Of a stretch of 64,000 bases of DNA, positions 10,646 through 21,226 are shown piece by piece (the first letter of the stretch is position 1; every line of letters starts with the position of its first letter). A program made the translations under genes and the position numbers. Source of the DNA: Bacillota bacterium (GTDB lineage: Bacteria; Bacillota; Negativicutes; Sporomusales; CTSoil-080); NCBI GenBank assembly GCA_017889725.1, contig JAGGAE010000007.1, positions 3,860 through 67,859 on the forward strand, given 5' to 3'. Below the pieces are notes generated by a model. The model was not told where the DNA came from and did no database searches. It saw nothing but the letters and a program-made list of their open reading frames with translations.

Positions 10646-11374
10646 TTATTTCCTCCGAGCCGCGTTTTTTACCAGATTGTACCCCCGCTCCAGTGCTTGA
10701 AAGTTCATATCCCGCAACTTGGGATTAGCTTTAAATTTTTCTCCCAGCTTCACTTCCAGCGCCGTTTTAATTGCGTCCAGCGGAAGAACTTCCGTAGCGG
10801 CTATAACCGCTCCCAGGATAATGATATTAAAAACACGGGGGTGCAGTTCGTTTTTCGCTATATCATTAGCGGGAATAGGGATGACGCGATCTACATCTTT
10901 CGGGATATCTTTAGGGTTAATCCCCGGAGTGGCTTTTTTAAAGGAACCGGTTTTCGGTTCGCCGGCTATTAAATCCTGTGGCAGGTCTTTATTCGGGGTA
11001 TCACTAACCGGACTCGGCGGTGTTACCTCAAAATACTGCAGTCCGACAATATGGTCATTCACTTCCGACTCTTGTACCAACGAGTTGTCATATATATAAA
11101 CTGTCTTTTCCCCTGCATGCTCTCTGGTTCTGTTTACGGCCCGTGAACTTAGGGCAACAAGAATGTCAGCTATTTTAAATTTGGGTGCGCCGATATTTTG
11201 ATCGCTGATTTGTACATACGCTATCGATACGCCACCGCGCTGTTCCACACCGAAATTAGGAATATACAACGCATTTTTCCCTTCCTCGTTGGCCGCTTCC
11301 GCCAGTATCTCCGCGATGGACTGCACGCCCTGTCCGCCTTCCCCGGCCAGCGCTATTCTTACCACTTTTGTCAT
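10646..11374 (-). CDS. 2-oxoacid:ferredoxin oxidoreductase gamma subunit, with an internal low-complexity insertion
   Basis: N-terminal IALAGEGGQGV motif typical of POR/KOR gamma. Overlaps the beta subunit stop (ATGA-type coupling). Confidence 0.8.
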   Translation of the reverse strand: MTKVVRIALAGEGGQGVQSIAEILAEAANEEGKNALYIPNFGVEQRGGVSIAYVQISDQNIGAPKFKIADILVALSSRAVNRTREHAGEKTVYIYDNSLVQESEVNDHIVGLQYFEVTPPSPVSDTPNKDLPQDLIAGEPKTGSFKKATPGINPKDIPKDVDRVIPIPANDIAKNELHPRVFNIIILGAVIAATEVLPLDAIKTALEVKLGEKFKANPKLRDMNFQALERGYNLVKNAARRK

Positions 11375-12147
11375 TTTCCCGCCTCCTTCGGCTGCGGGGT
11401 ACGCAATTCTCCCAATTTGAAGTAATCTGTCATGTCTTTTTCGACAAACTCCCAGGTTTGTTTGGCATTAGTGCGCCAGTTGGTAGGACAAGACGACAGA
11501 CATTCCACAAAGGAAAAACCGTTCCCCTTCATTTGGTTTTCCAATGCTTTCTTTATAAATCCTTTTAGCTGGCGGACATTCGCGATGCTTCCTCTGGCTA
11601 CATACGCCCCTTCCGGAGCTACAGCCGCAACCATTTCCGGCCCCTTTGTGGGATACCCGGTTTCTTGGACATCGCGTCCGTACGGCGAGGTTTCGGTTTT
11701 CATTCCCGGCAGAGTTGTCGGTGCCATCTGACCGCCAGTCATGCCGTAATTGGCATTGTTGCACAGTATTACTGTAATTCGTTCATTGCGTACAGCGGAA
11801 TTGAATAGATGCTGTGAGCCAATAGCGTAGCCGCCGCCGTCTCCCATGTACGCAATGCCTACAATATCCGGCTTTGCCCGTTTCATACCTGTAATTGTCG
11901 GCGTCGTACGTCCATGGTGCGTCTGTACACTGTCACAGTTGAAAAAGTCCCAGGATAACAGAGAACAACCAATATCGCAGCCAAAGACAACTTGATGGGC
12001 AATATCTAATTCATCAATCGCCTCGCCAAGCGCCTTAAGGATAATACCATGTCCACAACCGGGACAGAACTTGTGAGGTTTGGTTTCCTGGTTCCAGCTT
12101 TTGGGTATGGCTGGCATAATATCATAGGTGTCTTTCCCTTCCTGCAT
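11371..12147 (-). CDS. 2-oxoacid:ferredoxin oxidoreductase beta subunit (TPP-binding)
   Basis: CPGCGHG at the N-terminus and the GDGG..NN TPP-binding motif (MGDGGGYAIG...CNNANYGMTGGQ). Confidence 0.88.
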   Translation of the reverse strand: MQEGKDTYDIMPAIPKSWNQETKPHKFCPGCGHGIILKALGEAIDELDIAHQVVFGCDIGCSLLSWDFFNCDSVQTHHGRTTPTITGMKRAKPDIVGIAYMGDGGGYAIGSQHLFNSAVRNERITVILCNNANYGMTGGQMAPTTLPGMKTETSPYGRDVQETGYPTKGPEMVAAVAPEGAYVARGSIANVRQLKGFIKKALENQMKGNGFSFVECLSSCPTNWRTNAKQTWEFVEKDMTDYFKLGELRTPQPKEAGK

Positions 12148-12163
12148 GTCTAATCCTCCCGGC

Positions 12164-13234
12164 CTACAAATTATTATATTCCTCGATAATTTCTTCCGTC
12201 GTGATACCTACTCCCGGTCGCCGCATGGGGCAAAGTTCAATATTCGTTCCGTATAATGCTTCCTTCACCATTTTCAGCAATTGTCCATAAGCCGATTCCG
12301 CTACCAGTACTTTTTTCGCTCCCCGCGCAGCAGCTCTAAGCTGTTCTTCCGGAAAGGGGCGAACGGTAATAGGACGAAAATATCCCGCTTTTTTCCCCTG
12401 AACCCTAAGCTGTTCATACGCACTCAAGGCTGCCCGTGATACCACGCCATGCGTCAAGATAATTACTTCGGCATCCTCACAGCCTTTATCGCTCCACTCT
12501 ACCACTTCCTTGGCCATCTTGTCCCAATCCCGCTGATTAGCCATAAAAACTTCATAAAGCTCGTCTTCCGTGTTATACGTATTCCGTAAGTGCCGGAACT
12601 TCTTATCTCTTGCCGTACTGCCTACCATAGGCTGGGGATTAACCAGAGTGACTCCTTTCGCTTCCGCATCATACATAGTAAGCGGCTCCCGCATCTTTGC
12701 CTGATAGCCGTCCCCCAGGACAAAGGTGGGAAAGTAATACGTCCAGGCGGAGTTAAACGCTTTAATAGTATAATCGAACAATTCCTGATGGCTGGCGGTG
12801 GAATAAACCAGCCTGTGACCTTCTCCGTTACCGCCAAAAGCAGTTAGTGTCGTTTCCTGCTGCGCATAAATAACGGTTGCGGTAGAAGGTCCGCCTCGCT
12901 GCTGGATCACGAATACACCGGGCAGCCTCATCATTTCTGCCATTGACACCGCCTCTTGCATTAATACATTTCCGGGACCTGCCGTAGCGGTAAATGCCTT
13001 GTGTCCGGTCATAACGCCCCCCAGCATAGTAAATCCGGCAGAAATCTCGTCTTCCGTCTGTAGAAATTTCTTACCATATTTAGGAGCTAACCGTGTCCAA
13101 TAGTGCATAATCTCATTTTGCGGCGTAATAGGATAGCCATACATAATATCAACCTTTGCCGACACCGCAGCCCAAGCTACAACTTCATTGCCTGTCATAA
13201 ACACTCTTCCATTTTGCAGAGAACTCTCCGCCAT
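12164..13234 (-). CDS. 2-oxoacid:ferredoxin oxidoreductase alpha subunit
   Basis: MTGNEVVAWAA...YPITPQNE motif of the POR/KOR alpha N-terminal domain. Start ATG 13232-13234 lies 8 nt after AGGAGG. Confidence 0.88.
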   Translation of the reverse strand: MAESSLQNGRVFMTGNEVVAWAAVSAKVDIMYGYPITPQNEIMHYWTRLAPKYGKKFLQTEDEISAGFTMLGGVMTGHKAFTATAGPGNVLMQEAVSMAEMMRLPGVFVIQQRGGPSTATVIYAQQETTLTAFGGNGEGHRLVYSTASHQELFDYTIKAFNSAWTYYFPTFVLGDGYQAKMREPLTMYDAEAKGVTLVNPQPMVGSTARDKKFRHLRNTYNTEDELYEVFMANQRDWDKMAKEVVEWSDKGCEDAEVIILTHGVVSRAALSAYEQLRVQGKKAGYFRPITVRPFPEEQLRAAARGAKKVLVAESAYGQLLKMVKEALYGTNIELCPMRRPGVGITTEEIIEEYNNL

Positions 13235-13539
13235 TGTGCACACCTCCTATAACTATCGCCGTTTCTAAAATAACCCCAACCCTTAGACCAAATTCAATAA
13301 TGCTACACAGATAGTTTTTCCGTTCCGCCGGAAGGTAGGCCCACTTTTCCTGCTTACTATACCAGTTTCCGTATTCTCAGCCCTATCATTCCTCATTGTT
13401 AAAATTTTGTAAAAAAATATTTACCATTTTTTTCTATTTATGCAGGGATTTTCTGGAATTAATGGAATATATTTGTTGACCGGTCAAAGAAAAACAAAAA
13501 CAAACGTATTTCAAACAGAAAAGGGAAGGAAGGTTGGGA

Positions 13540-16054
13540 ATGAAGAAAAAACTTCTTATCGGCAGCATTACGACAGCTGCCTTATTAGGCCTAGCTCCTC
13601 TACCAGCATTTGCCTATGATACAATGTCAGCTACATATAACGGAGCTACGGTCGAATCCATGATTGACGCAGTCGTCTACGTAGATGGAGACAGCACAAG
13701 CAGCTATACGGCTGATGGTCTCACGATAACGTCTTCGACCGATAACACCTCTGGCGTATATGCTAAAAACGGTGCCACTGTAACACTATCCAATGTATCG
13801 ATTACTACCAGCGGCAATGATAGTACTGGGTATACTTGTCAATTGAACGGTGGCTCCGGGCTGACTGACGCCTTAGGCTCCCAGTATGGCCTTGATGCTG
13901 CAGTATATGCTAACAACGGCGGCACAATAACCATTACCGGAGACTCGTCAATAACTACCAGTGGCCTTATTGCGAATGGCGTATATGCCACCTATGACGG
14001 AACCATCTATGTAACCGGCACCTCGGATAATCATATTACGATAGATTGCACCGGATTAAACGCTCACGGGGTGGATACAACCTATGGCGGTACTGTATAT
14101 CTTACTTACGTGGATGTCACCACTTCAGGCGCCCATGCGTCAGGGATTGCTACAGACTTTGGCGGTGGCAGTGTCTACGTGGATAATTGTACTGTGAATG
14201 TGACTGGCTCAAAATCTGCGGGTATTTATTCTTGCGGATACGGTGACGGTTATATCTATGTCACGGATTCCACTGTTGTTTCCGAACTAGATGCAGGGTT
14301 GGCGGTGGCATCAGCCGGCTGGCTTGAAGTTTACAATTCCTCCATTACAGGGGTAAATGCACTTAGCGTAATGTTCAGCGGCGACTCTACCGACGAAACC
14401 GATCCCATTATCATTGACGGTAGTTCGCTCACATCAACGTCAACCACCGAAGGCGCGATTATTTGGAGAAACGGTAACAGCACGGTTACTTTACAAAATG
14501 GGACGACAGTTTCATCCGCAAGTGGGATCTTGGCGGAAGCTGGAGACTTCTTTGGCTCTGACCCCAGTACGGCGACTCTGGAATTGATTAACGAAACACT
14601 AACCCAAGGTTACGAATTGCTTGCCGACAGCGGCAGCACGCTAGCTACCCTGTTGGAAGAAGGCACCACTTTTACCGGCTGGACAAGCGGGGATGTATCT
14701 ATGTCTGTTGACTCTACCAGTACATGGAATGTCAGCGCCGATTCAACTGTTACAAGTCTTACTAACAACGGAACTGTAAATCTTTTGTATTCCAACGGCA
14801 CCTATTATTCCATTACCGACTCCGGGGATTTATCCGGCAGCGGCACCTTCAATATGAATATCGATCTCAGCGACACCTCCCTGCTTAACACAATCACCGT
14901 CGACGGCACTACCAGCGGTACTTATGCGATTTACTTTACCGGGCAAAACGCCGCTTACTTAGCGTCACACTCCCTTACCAGCCCGATATTGGTACTCTCC
15001 AGTGGCTCCAGTACCGCCACAGTTACTGGCGGCGGAGACTTTGGCGCATATCGCTGGTCTATAGCCAGTGGTTCAACCTTATCCTCCAGCTATAGTAGTT
15101 CCGACTACTATCTTTACAATACATATACTCCTTCCAATCCTGCCTATGCTGCTATCGCCACCAGCGCATCCAACGTTGCCGCCTGGTACGGCGAATTAAA
15201 TGAGATGCGAATTAAATGAGATTGGAAACCATATGAGCGAACTGCGTACGACCAGTCAATACAACGACGATTTCTGGTCCCGGATCTATTCGAACAAATT
15301 CAAGGTAAAACCGAATGACGGACAATCCTTTAACGAAGTAATGGGTGGTTTTGAAGTAGGTAAAGATAATGCCAGTTCCTTTGATGGCGGCAAGCAAGTT
15401 ACCGGGTTCCTCGCTGGCGGAGGCAAAGCGGACAACTCCTTCAGCACCGGCGGCTCAGGCACTGTCGACAGCTACTATGCAGCAGCTTACAGCAGTTGGA
15501 TTAAGAATGACGGCTCTTACTTCGATCTCATCGGCAAATACAATTCCTTCAGCAATAAATTCTCGGCAACACTGTACGGTAGCAGCATTACCGACACCGC
15601 CGACTACCATAGCAACGGCTTTGGCCTGTCGGCGCAAATCGGCAAACGCCTAGAACAAGGCAATGGTGTCTTCTTCGAGCCGCAAGCCGCCTTATCCGCC
15701 CTATGGTCCGGTTCGGCGAACTACACCAGCACAAATGGTCTGGCTATTAGTTTACCTAGTTCTTCCACACTGCAATTCAAGCTGGGAGGTACTTTCGGAA
15801 AGAAAACAACTATTAACGGAGTCAGCCAACAGGTTTACGGAAAGCTTGCCTGGGCACAGAACTTCTCTAACAGCAACGATATTACCATTGATGGAGCGAC
15901 TTTCGATACCAGTCTAAAAGGCAGCCAAGTGGTCGCCGGTTTAGGTTTCATTCAGGAAGTCGGTAGCCATGAAATTTACATTAATCTAGAAAAATCCTGG
16001 GGGAGCGCACTTAACTATTATGGAGGTAACCTCGGTTACCGTTGGAAATTCTAA
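13540..16054 (+). pseudogene. autotransporter (signal peptide, Thr/Ser/Gly-rich passenger, C-terminal beta-barrel), frameshifted by a 16-nt tandem duplication
   Basis: Signal peptide MKKKLLIGSITTAALLGLAPLPAFA. The repetitive passenger ends in WYGELNEM then stops. The next frame continues ELNEIGNHMSELRTTSQYNDDFWSRIY into a barrel ending in YRWKF (C-terminal aromatic residue). Removing one repeat copy restores a single frame. Confidence 0.8.
15192..15223 (+). repeat. 16-nt tandem duplication (cgaattaaatgagatg / cgaattaaatgagatt) inside the autotransporter linker
   Basis: Read directly: the two adjacent copies are identical at 15 of 16 positions. 16 nt gives a +1 frameshift. Confidence 0.9.
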
Positions 16055-16075
16055 ACCTAAAATGTATAAGGCACA

Positions 16076-16120
16076 AACAAAAAAATCACCTGCGGAAAAC
16101 TCCGCCAGGTGATTTTTTTA
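16076..16120. terminator. bidirectional rho-independent terminator between the autotransporter and ptb
   Basis: Stem aaaaatcacctgcgg / ccgccaggtgattttt, flanked by an A-run and a T-run. Confidence 0.75.
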
Positions 16121-16143
16121 TACACATAATATAACGAACTATA

Positions 16144-17061
16144 TTAGAGATCTTTTTCGTAATTTCCTACCAGGTTAGCAAGCGCGATGGACAACATTTT
16201 AGCTTCAAAAGTGTCGGACCGGGAAGTTAATACCACTGGTTTCGCCGCCCCTAATACCAGTCCGGCTATCCGGCAACCGCCAAAATACACCGCTGCTTTT
16301 GCCAGAGCATTGCCTACCTCAATGTTTGGCACCAGGAGAAGATCAGCCTTTCCGGCTACCTCACTGTTTGTTAGCCCCTTATGGGCAGCCGCCTCAACAG
16401 CCATGGCGATGTCTAAAGCCAACGGACCGTCAACAATAAAATTCTTTATTTGTCCCCGTTCCGACATTTTAGCCAGAGCGGCTGCATCAAGCGTTGCCGG
16501 CATATCCGGATTTACGACTTCGACTGCCGCCAGCGCCGCAACCCGCGCCGGTTTTTTCCCCAGCACATGCATAAGACTGTTGCAATTACGGAGAATCTCT
16601 ACCTTTTGCGCTAAGTCCGGGCGAATATTCATGGCACAGTCGGTCATAACAACCAGCCTGTCATATCCCTTTGCTTCGATTACAAAAGAATGGCTTAAGA
16701 GTCGCCCGGTGCGGAGACCCACTTCCTTGTCCAGTACCGCCCGTAAAAGTTCAGCCGTACTTAACAAGCCTTTCATAAGAATGTCCGCATGACCACTTGA
16801 TACAAGTGATACCGCTTTAAGCGCCGCCTTGCGGGTATCGGGTTCATCGATTACCCTGATCTTGGATAAATTCATCCCCATTTCACTGGCTAACGAATTG
16901 ATCTTCGCGGCATCGCCCACTAAAATAAAAGTAGCGATTTCCAGTTCCATGGCTCCCCGTACAGCTTCAAGCACAGCATCATCGTGCGCAGCTGCAACCG
17001 CCACCCTGGCGGGAGGAATTTCCTGAGCTGCATTCATAACTTGGTTAAAATTCTTTAACAT
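16144..17061 (-). CDS. ptb: phosphate butyryltransferase / phosphate acyltransferase (PTA_PTB family)
   Basis: About 305 aa. N-terminus MLKNFNQVMNAAQE...VAVAAAHD, and CAMN and GNALAKA-like motifs typical of Ptb. Start ATG 17059-17061 after GGAGG. Confidence 0.75.
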   Translation of the reverse strand: MLKNFNQVMNAAQEIPPARVAVAAAHDDAVLEAVRGAMELEIATFILVGDAAKINSLASEMGMNLSKIRVIDEPDTRKAALKAVSLVSSGHADILMKGLLSTAELLRAVLDKEVGLRTGRLLSHSFVIEAKGYDRLVVMTDCAMNIRPDLAQKVEILRNCNSLMHVLGKKPARVAALAAVEVVNPDMPATLDAAALAKMSERGQIKNFIVDGPLALDIAMAVEAAAHKGLTNSEVAGKADLLLVPNIEVGNALAKAAVYFGGCRIAGLVLGAAKPVVLTSRSDTFEAKMLSIALANLVGNYEKDL

Positions 17062-17066
17062 GCTTC

Positions 17067-17537
17067 CTAGCCTCCAAAGTAACGCATACTCGTTTTTTTC
17101 CACTCACGGGTACTATAAAGAATCACATAATGTTCTAGTCCGGTTTCCGCAGCTAAGCGTGCCACAAAGTTCTGGCACTCATCCCTGGTTTGACCGTGAA
17201 TCATTGTATAAAAATTATAAGGCCACTCGGAATGGGCCACCCGTGCATAACAATGACTAACTAATGGATAAGAAATCATTACTCTCGCCACATTCTTTAT
17301 TTGTCTCTCCGGAACCAGCCAGGCACACAGCGCATTTGCCGCATACCCTATTTGGCGATGCCGGAGAACCGCCCCCAGTTTTCGTATTTTTCCTGATTTA
17401 AGGAACTTGTTGAGGCGACTGAGTAACTCTTCTTCATTAATTCCTACCGTATCAGCAATCTCCTTGAACGGTTGGCTAACCAAGGCTAAATCGTTTTGCA
17501 TAGCGGCAATTATTTTCCTATCCATTTCGTCCAGCAT
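17067..17537 (-). CDS. AsnC/Lrp-like siroheme decarboxylase subunit (AhbA/AhbB, NirD/L/G/H family)
   Basis: 156 aa. MDRKIIAAMQNDLALVSQPFKEIA wHTH, then the VSHCYAR...PYNFYTMIHG signature of heme d1 / alternative heme pathway decarboxylase subunits. Confidence 0.7.
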   Translation of the reverse strand: MLDEMDRKIIAAMQNDLALVSQPFKEIADTVGINEEELLSRLNKFLKSGKIRKLGAVLRHRQIGYAANALCAWLVPERQIKNVARVMISYPLVSHCYARVAHSEWPYNFYTMIHGQTRDECQNFVARLAAETGLEHYVILYSTREWKKTSMRYFGG

Positions 17538-17542
17538 AGCTT

Positions 17543-17995
17543 TTACTCCAAACTAAACTGTACATTTACCTTAAACTTTTCAGTCGCTGGTAGATTTAAC
17601 AGCCGATTTACCCCTGGTAAAGTCTCTATTTCATTAATTATATTCTTTTCCTCTTCCTGACTCGACGTGATTAGGGTTATCCAAAGGTTAAAAATACCCT
17701 CTCGTTCATAGTTATGCGTAACTCCAGGATATTGATTTATGTACTCCGCTACGGTTTCCAGCTTATCTGGTTCTACATCAAGAGCTACCAGCGTTCCCTT
17801 ATACCCCAAGCGCTCCGAGTTAAAAAATGCCCCAATCCGCCGAATATATCCGGCTGCTTTGAGCGTTCCAAGTCTCTTTAAAACAGTTTCCTCATCCGTA
17901 CCCAATTCTTTAGCAATACGGGCATAGGGACGTTTATCAAGTGTTAAGGAATTTTGAATGCGATTTAGAAGGACTTTATCAAACTCTGTCAGCAT
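17543..17995 (-). CDS. AsnC/Lrp-like siroheme decarboxylase subunit (paralogue of the downstream gene)
   Basis: 150 aa. LLNRIQNSLTLDKRPYARIAKELG wHTH, then VTHNYERE..FNLWITL. Paired with the adjacent paralogue as in AhbA/AhbB. Confidence 0.7.
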   Translation of the reverse strand: MLTEFDKVLLNRIQNSLTLDKRPYARIAKELGTDEETVLKRLGTLKAAGYIRRIGAFFNSERLGYKGTLVALDVEPDKLETVAEYINQYPGVTHNYEREGIFNLWITLITSSQEEEKNIINEIETLPGVNRLLNLPATEKFKVNVQFSLE

Positions 17996-18047
17996 AGTTT
18001 CCTCTTGATCCTATTTAAGCAAAGGACAGCCACGTGATCTGTCCTTA

Positions 18048-18665
18048 CTATTTTAGCAAAATATGTTTAATAACGTCAAGTAACTCATTTCGGCCGCTGC
18101 CATTTACTGCCGAATATATCAGCGGTTCCTGCTCAGGCAGAAGCTTCAATTGGTTTCGTATAATACCTACATTTTTTTTTACAGCCATGCGGGAAATTTT
18201 ATCTGCCTTGGTACAAAGAATCAGCACCGGCACACCGAGTTCTCTTAAATTATTATACGCCTCTATATCACTGGCCATTGGCGAGTGCCGAATATCAATC
18301 AATTGACAAACAAGCGCAAGGCGGTCTGATCCTGACAAATATTCATCAATAAATTTGCTCCACTGACGCCGGTTACCCCTCCCTGTCCGGGCATACCCAT
18401 AGCCGGGTAAGTCTACCAGCCAAAACTCCTGGCGTTCGGTTTCATCGAGTTTCACCGCTACCGAGTAGAAATTCAGCGTCTGAGTCTTCCCAGGAGTTCC
18501 GCTGATACGGGCCAACCCCCCGTGACGGCATAGTGAGTTTATCAAGGAGGATTTTCCGACATTAGACCTTCCGATAAAAGCAATTTCCGGCATATCTCCT
18601 TCCGGATACTGATCGACTCTTACGGCGGAAGCCATATAGCGCGCATACAATACATTTATAGTCAT
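18048..18665 (-). CDS. engB: ribosome biogenesis GTP-binding protein EngB/YsxC
   Basis: G1 [13 protein letters not shown]3 DLPGYGY, G4 TKADK. Conserved position after lon. Confidence 0.9.
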   Translation of the reverse strand: MTINVLYARYMASAVRVDQYPEGDMPEIAFIGRSNVGKSSLINSLCRHGGLARISGTPGKTQTLNFYSVAVKLDETERQEFWLVDLPGYGYARTGRGNRRQWSKFIDEYLSGSDRLALVCQLIDIRHSPMASDIEAYNNLRELGVPVLILCTKADKISRMAVKKNVGIIRNQLKLLPEQEPLIYSAVNGSGRNELLDVIKHILLK

Positions 18666-20980
18666 GAGTCGGTCACCAAAGCGGTTTTCAGCACTTCATC
18701 CATGTGTTCGACAAGTAAAAATTCCAGACTGCGTTTGACATTGGTCGGAATCTCATCCAAATCACGTTTGTTTTCCTGCGGCAATATGACTTTTTGAATT
18801 CCGGCGCGATGAGCGGCAAGTACCTTCTCTTTTATACCGCCAACAGGCAATACCCTTCCGCGCAAGGTAATTTCTCCCGTCATGGCGATATTATTGCGAA
18901 CCGGTTTGCCGGTTAGCGCAGAAATTACTGCGGTTGCCATAGTAATACCTGCCGACGGACCGTCTTTAGGTATGGCTCCTTCCGGTAAATGGACGTGAAT
19001 ATCACTTTTTTCATGAAATTCAGCATCTATGTTTAATTCTTTGGCTTTACTACGAATGTAGCTAAATCCGGCTTGCGCCGATTCCTGCATTACTTCCCCC
19101 AGCTGGCCGGTAAGTGTGAGCTTGCCTTTGCCCTTCATAGTCGATACTTCCACCGCCAATACATCCCCGCCTACTTCAGTCCATGCCAATCCGGTAGCAA
19201 CACCTACTTCACTGGTACGCTCGGCCTGCCCATGACGGTATTTGGGAGCACCGAGGAAGGTATGCAGATTCTGGGCAGTTATTTTAACTGCTTTGCGCTT
19301 TTCCTGGACGATTTGGCGCGCAACTTTACGGCACAAAGTTGCAAAACTGCGCTCCAGGTTACGCACACCGGCTTCCCGGGTATAGTCGCGAATTACTTTT
19401 TGAACAGTTCCTTCGGATAGTACAATCTGCTCTTCCGTAAGACCATGCTCACGAATTTGTTTCGGTATCAAATAACGCTTAGCAATCTGTACTTTTTCTT
19501 CTTCGGTATAGCCTGCAATGTTAATAATCTCCATGCGATCCAGCAGCGGGCGGGGAATATTATGCATCGCGTTCGCCGTTACAATCCAAAGTACGCGAGA
19601 AAGGTCAAACGGCAATTCAATATAATGATCACTGAACGTATTATTTTGTTCAGGGTCTAGTACTTCAAGAAGCGCTGCGGACGGATCCCCTCGAAAATCA
19701 GCACTCATTTTGTCGATCTCATCCAGGAGAAAGACTGGGTTACGTGAACCGGCTGTACGCATTCCTTGCAGCACACGGCCCGGTAACGCGCCAACATAAG
19801 TCCGGCGATGACCGCGAATTTCAGCTTCATCCCTCACGCCGCCTAAAGATACTCGAACAAACTTACGTTCCATGGAACGGGCAATAGAGCGAGCCAAAGA
19901 AGTTTTACCTACTCCAGGCGGGCCTACCAGGCAGATAATCGGCCCTTTCATTTTTGCCGTCAGTTTTCGGATCGAAAGATACTCGAGTATCCTCTCTTTC
20001 ACCTTTTCCAATCCGTAGTGATCTTCTTCTAAAACCGCCTCAGCACTGGTTATATCTAATCGATCAGTAGTCTCTTTCGACCAGGGCAGAGCCAGCAGCC
20101 AGTCTAGATATGTACGAATGACTGCACTTTCGGCCACCATCGGCGGCATTTTTTCCAGCCGGTCGATTTCTTTTTGAATTTTTTCGGCAACGTCTTTGGA
20201 TAATTCCTGCTCCTTCATTTTCTGCCGATATTCATCGACTTCCGCCGTGCGGTCTTCTTTATCCCCAAGTTCTTTTTGAATAGCCTTTAACTGTTCCCTC
20301 AGATAATATTCTTTTTGGGTTTTTTCCATCTGTTTGCGAACCCGGACATTGATCTTTTTCTCTAATTCGAGAATTTCCATTTCCCTGCCAAGAATATCAC
20401 AAAGCTTTTCCAGCCGTTCTTTAGTTCCAACGGCATCCAGTAATTGCTGCTTATCTTCAATTTTTAACGAAAGATGACTGGCAATAAGATCGGTGAGTCT
20501 GCCTGGTTCTTCGACCACCACAACCGACACCAGCGTCTCAGACGGAATTTTCTTGCTGAGTTTGACCCATTGTTCAAATTGGTGGATGACGGTTCTGGTA
20601 AGCGCCTCCACTTCTGAAGTCTTTTCGCCGAGTTCACGGTATTCTTCAATTTCAACCATATAAAACGGGTCTTGTTCCAAATAGTTGACTATTTTTGCAC
20701 GATGTAAACCTTCCACCAGTACGCGGATGGTCCCTCCTGGAAGTTTTAAAAGCTGTTTAATCTCAACAACGGTGCCAACGGAGAATATATCGTCCGGTTC
20801 CGGTTTATCATTCTGGGCATCCCGTTGGGTTGCCAGCATAATTTCGCGTTCGTGTACCATCGCTTCTTCCAGCGCACTAATCGACTTTTCCCGACCCACA
20901 TCGAGATGAATAATCATATATGGAAAAACTAAAATGCCCCTAAGCGGCAATAGCGGTATATTCCTTGTTGCCTTAGCCAT
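18662..20980 (-). CDS. lon: ATP-dependent protease Lon (LonA)
   Basis: 772 aa. LON N-domain, Walker [10 protein letters not shown], and proteolytic PKDGPSAG with catalytic Ser. Confidence 0.95.
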   Translation of the reverse strand: MAKATRNIPLLPLRGILVFPYMIIHLDVGREKSISALEEAMVHEREIMLATQRDAQNDKPEPDDIFSVGTVVEIKQLLKLPGGTIRVLVEGLHRAKIVNYLEQDPFYMVEIEEYRELGEKTSEVEALTRTVIHQFEQWVKLSKKIPSETLVSVVVVEEPGRLTDLIASHLSLKIEDKQQLLDAVGTKERLEKLCDILGREMEILELEKKINVRVRKQMEKTQKEYYLREQLKAIQKELGDKEDRTAEVDEYRQKMKEQELSKDVAEKIQKEIDRLEKMPPMVAESAVIRTYLDWLLALPWSKETTDRLDITSAEAVLEEDHYGLEKVKERILEYLSIRKLTAKMKGPIICLVGPPGVGKTSLARSIARSMERKFVRVSLGGVRDEAEIRGHRRTYVGALPGRVLQGMRTAGSRNPVFLLDEIDKMSADFRGDPSAALLEVLDPEQNNTFSDHYIELPFDLSRVLWIVTANAMHNIPRPLLDRMEIINIAGYTEEEKVQIAKRYLIPKQIREHGLTEEQIVLSEGTVQKVIRDYTREAGVRNLERSFATLCRKVARQIVQEKRKAVKITAQNLHTFLGAPKYRHGQAERTSEVGVATGLAWTEVGGDVLAVEVSTMKGKGKLTLTGQLGEVMQESAQAGFSYIRSKAKELNIDAEFHEKSDIHVHLPEGAIPKDGPSAGITMATAVISALTGKPVRNNIAMTGEITLRGRVLPVGGIKEKVLAAHRAGIQKVILPQENKRDLDEIPTNVKRSLEFLLVEHMDEVLKTALVTDS

Positions 20981-21226
20981 AAGCTCTCCTCCTTCATACT
21001 AAAAACGATGACAACATTAGTTTCAGCTTCACTATTTATAAATATTCTCAAAGAACGTCAAAAAATCCTTTTAGACTGATTGTCTTTCCTGCCAGGTATT
21101 TAAATAATCTATGTTTCTTCGGTATCAAACCCCTCTATAAACAGTTTAATATTAGTTTACATACTCCTAACCTTCTAGCACATATAAGTATTCCCCTGCA
21201 AGTTTTGCAGAGGAATACACATTGTA

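Noticed and set aside
13235-13533. Possible riboswitch or structured leader in the ~290-nt region between the oxidoreductase operon and the autotransporter
   Set aside because: I read both strands and found no motif I can assign to a known riboswitch class. It is most simply two divergent promoter regions.
20981-21226. CtsR or CIRCE operator upstream of lon, and likewise upstream of clpP
   Set aside because: I looked for GGTCAAA tandem heptads and TTAGCACTC-N9-GAGTGCTAA and found neither. Only a lonB terminator-like hairpin (about 21191-21222) is visible.
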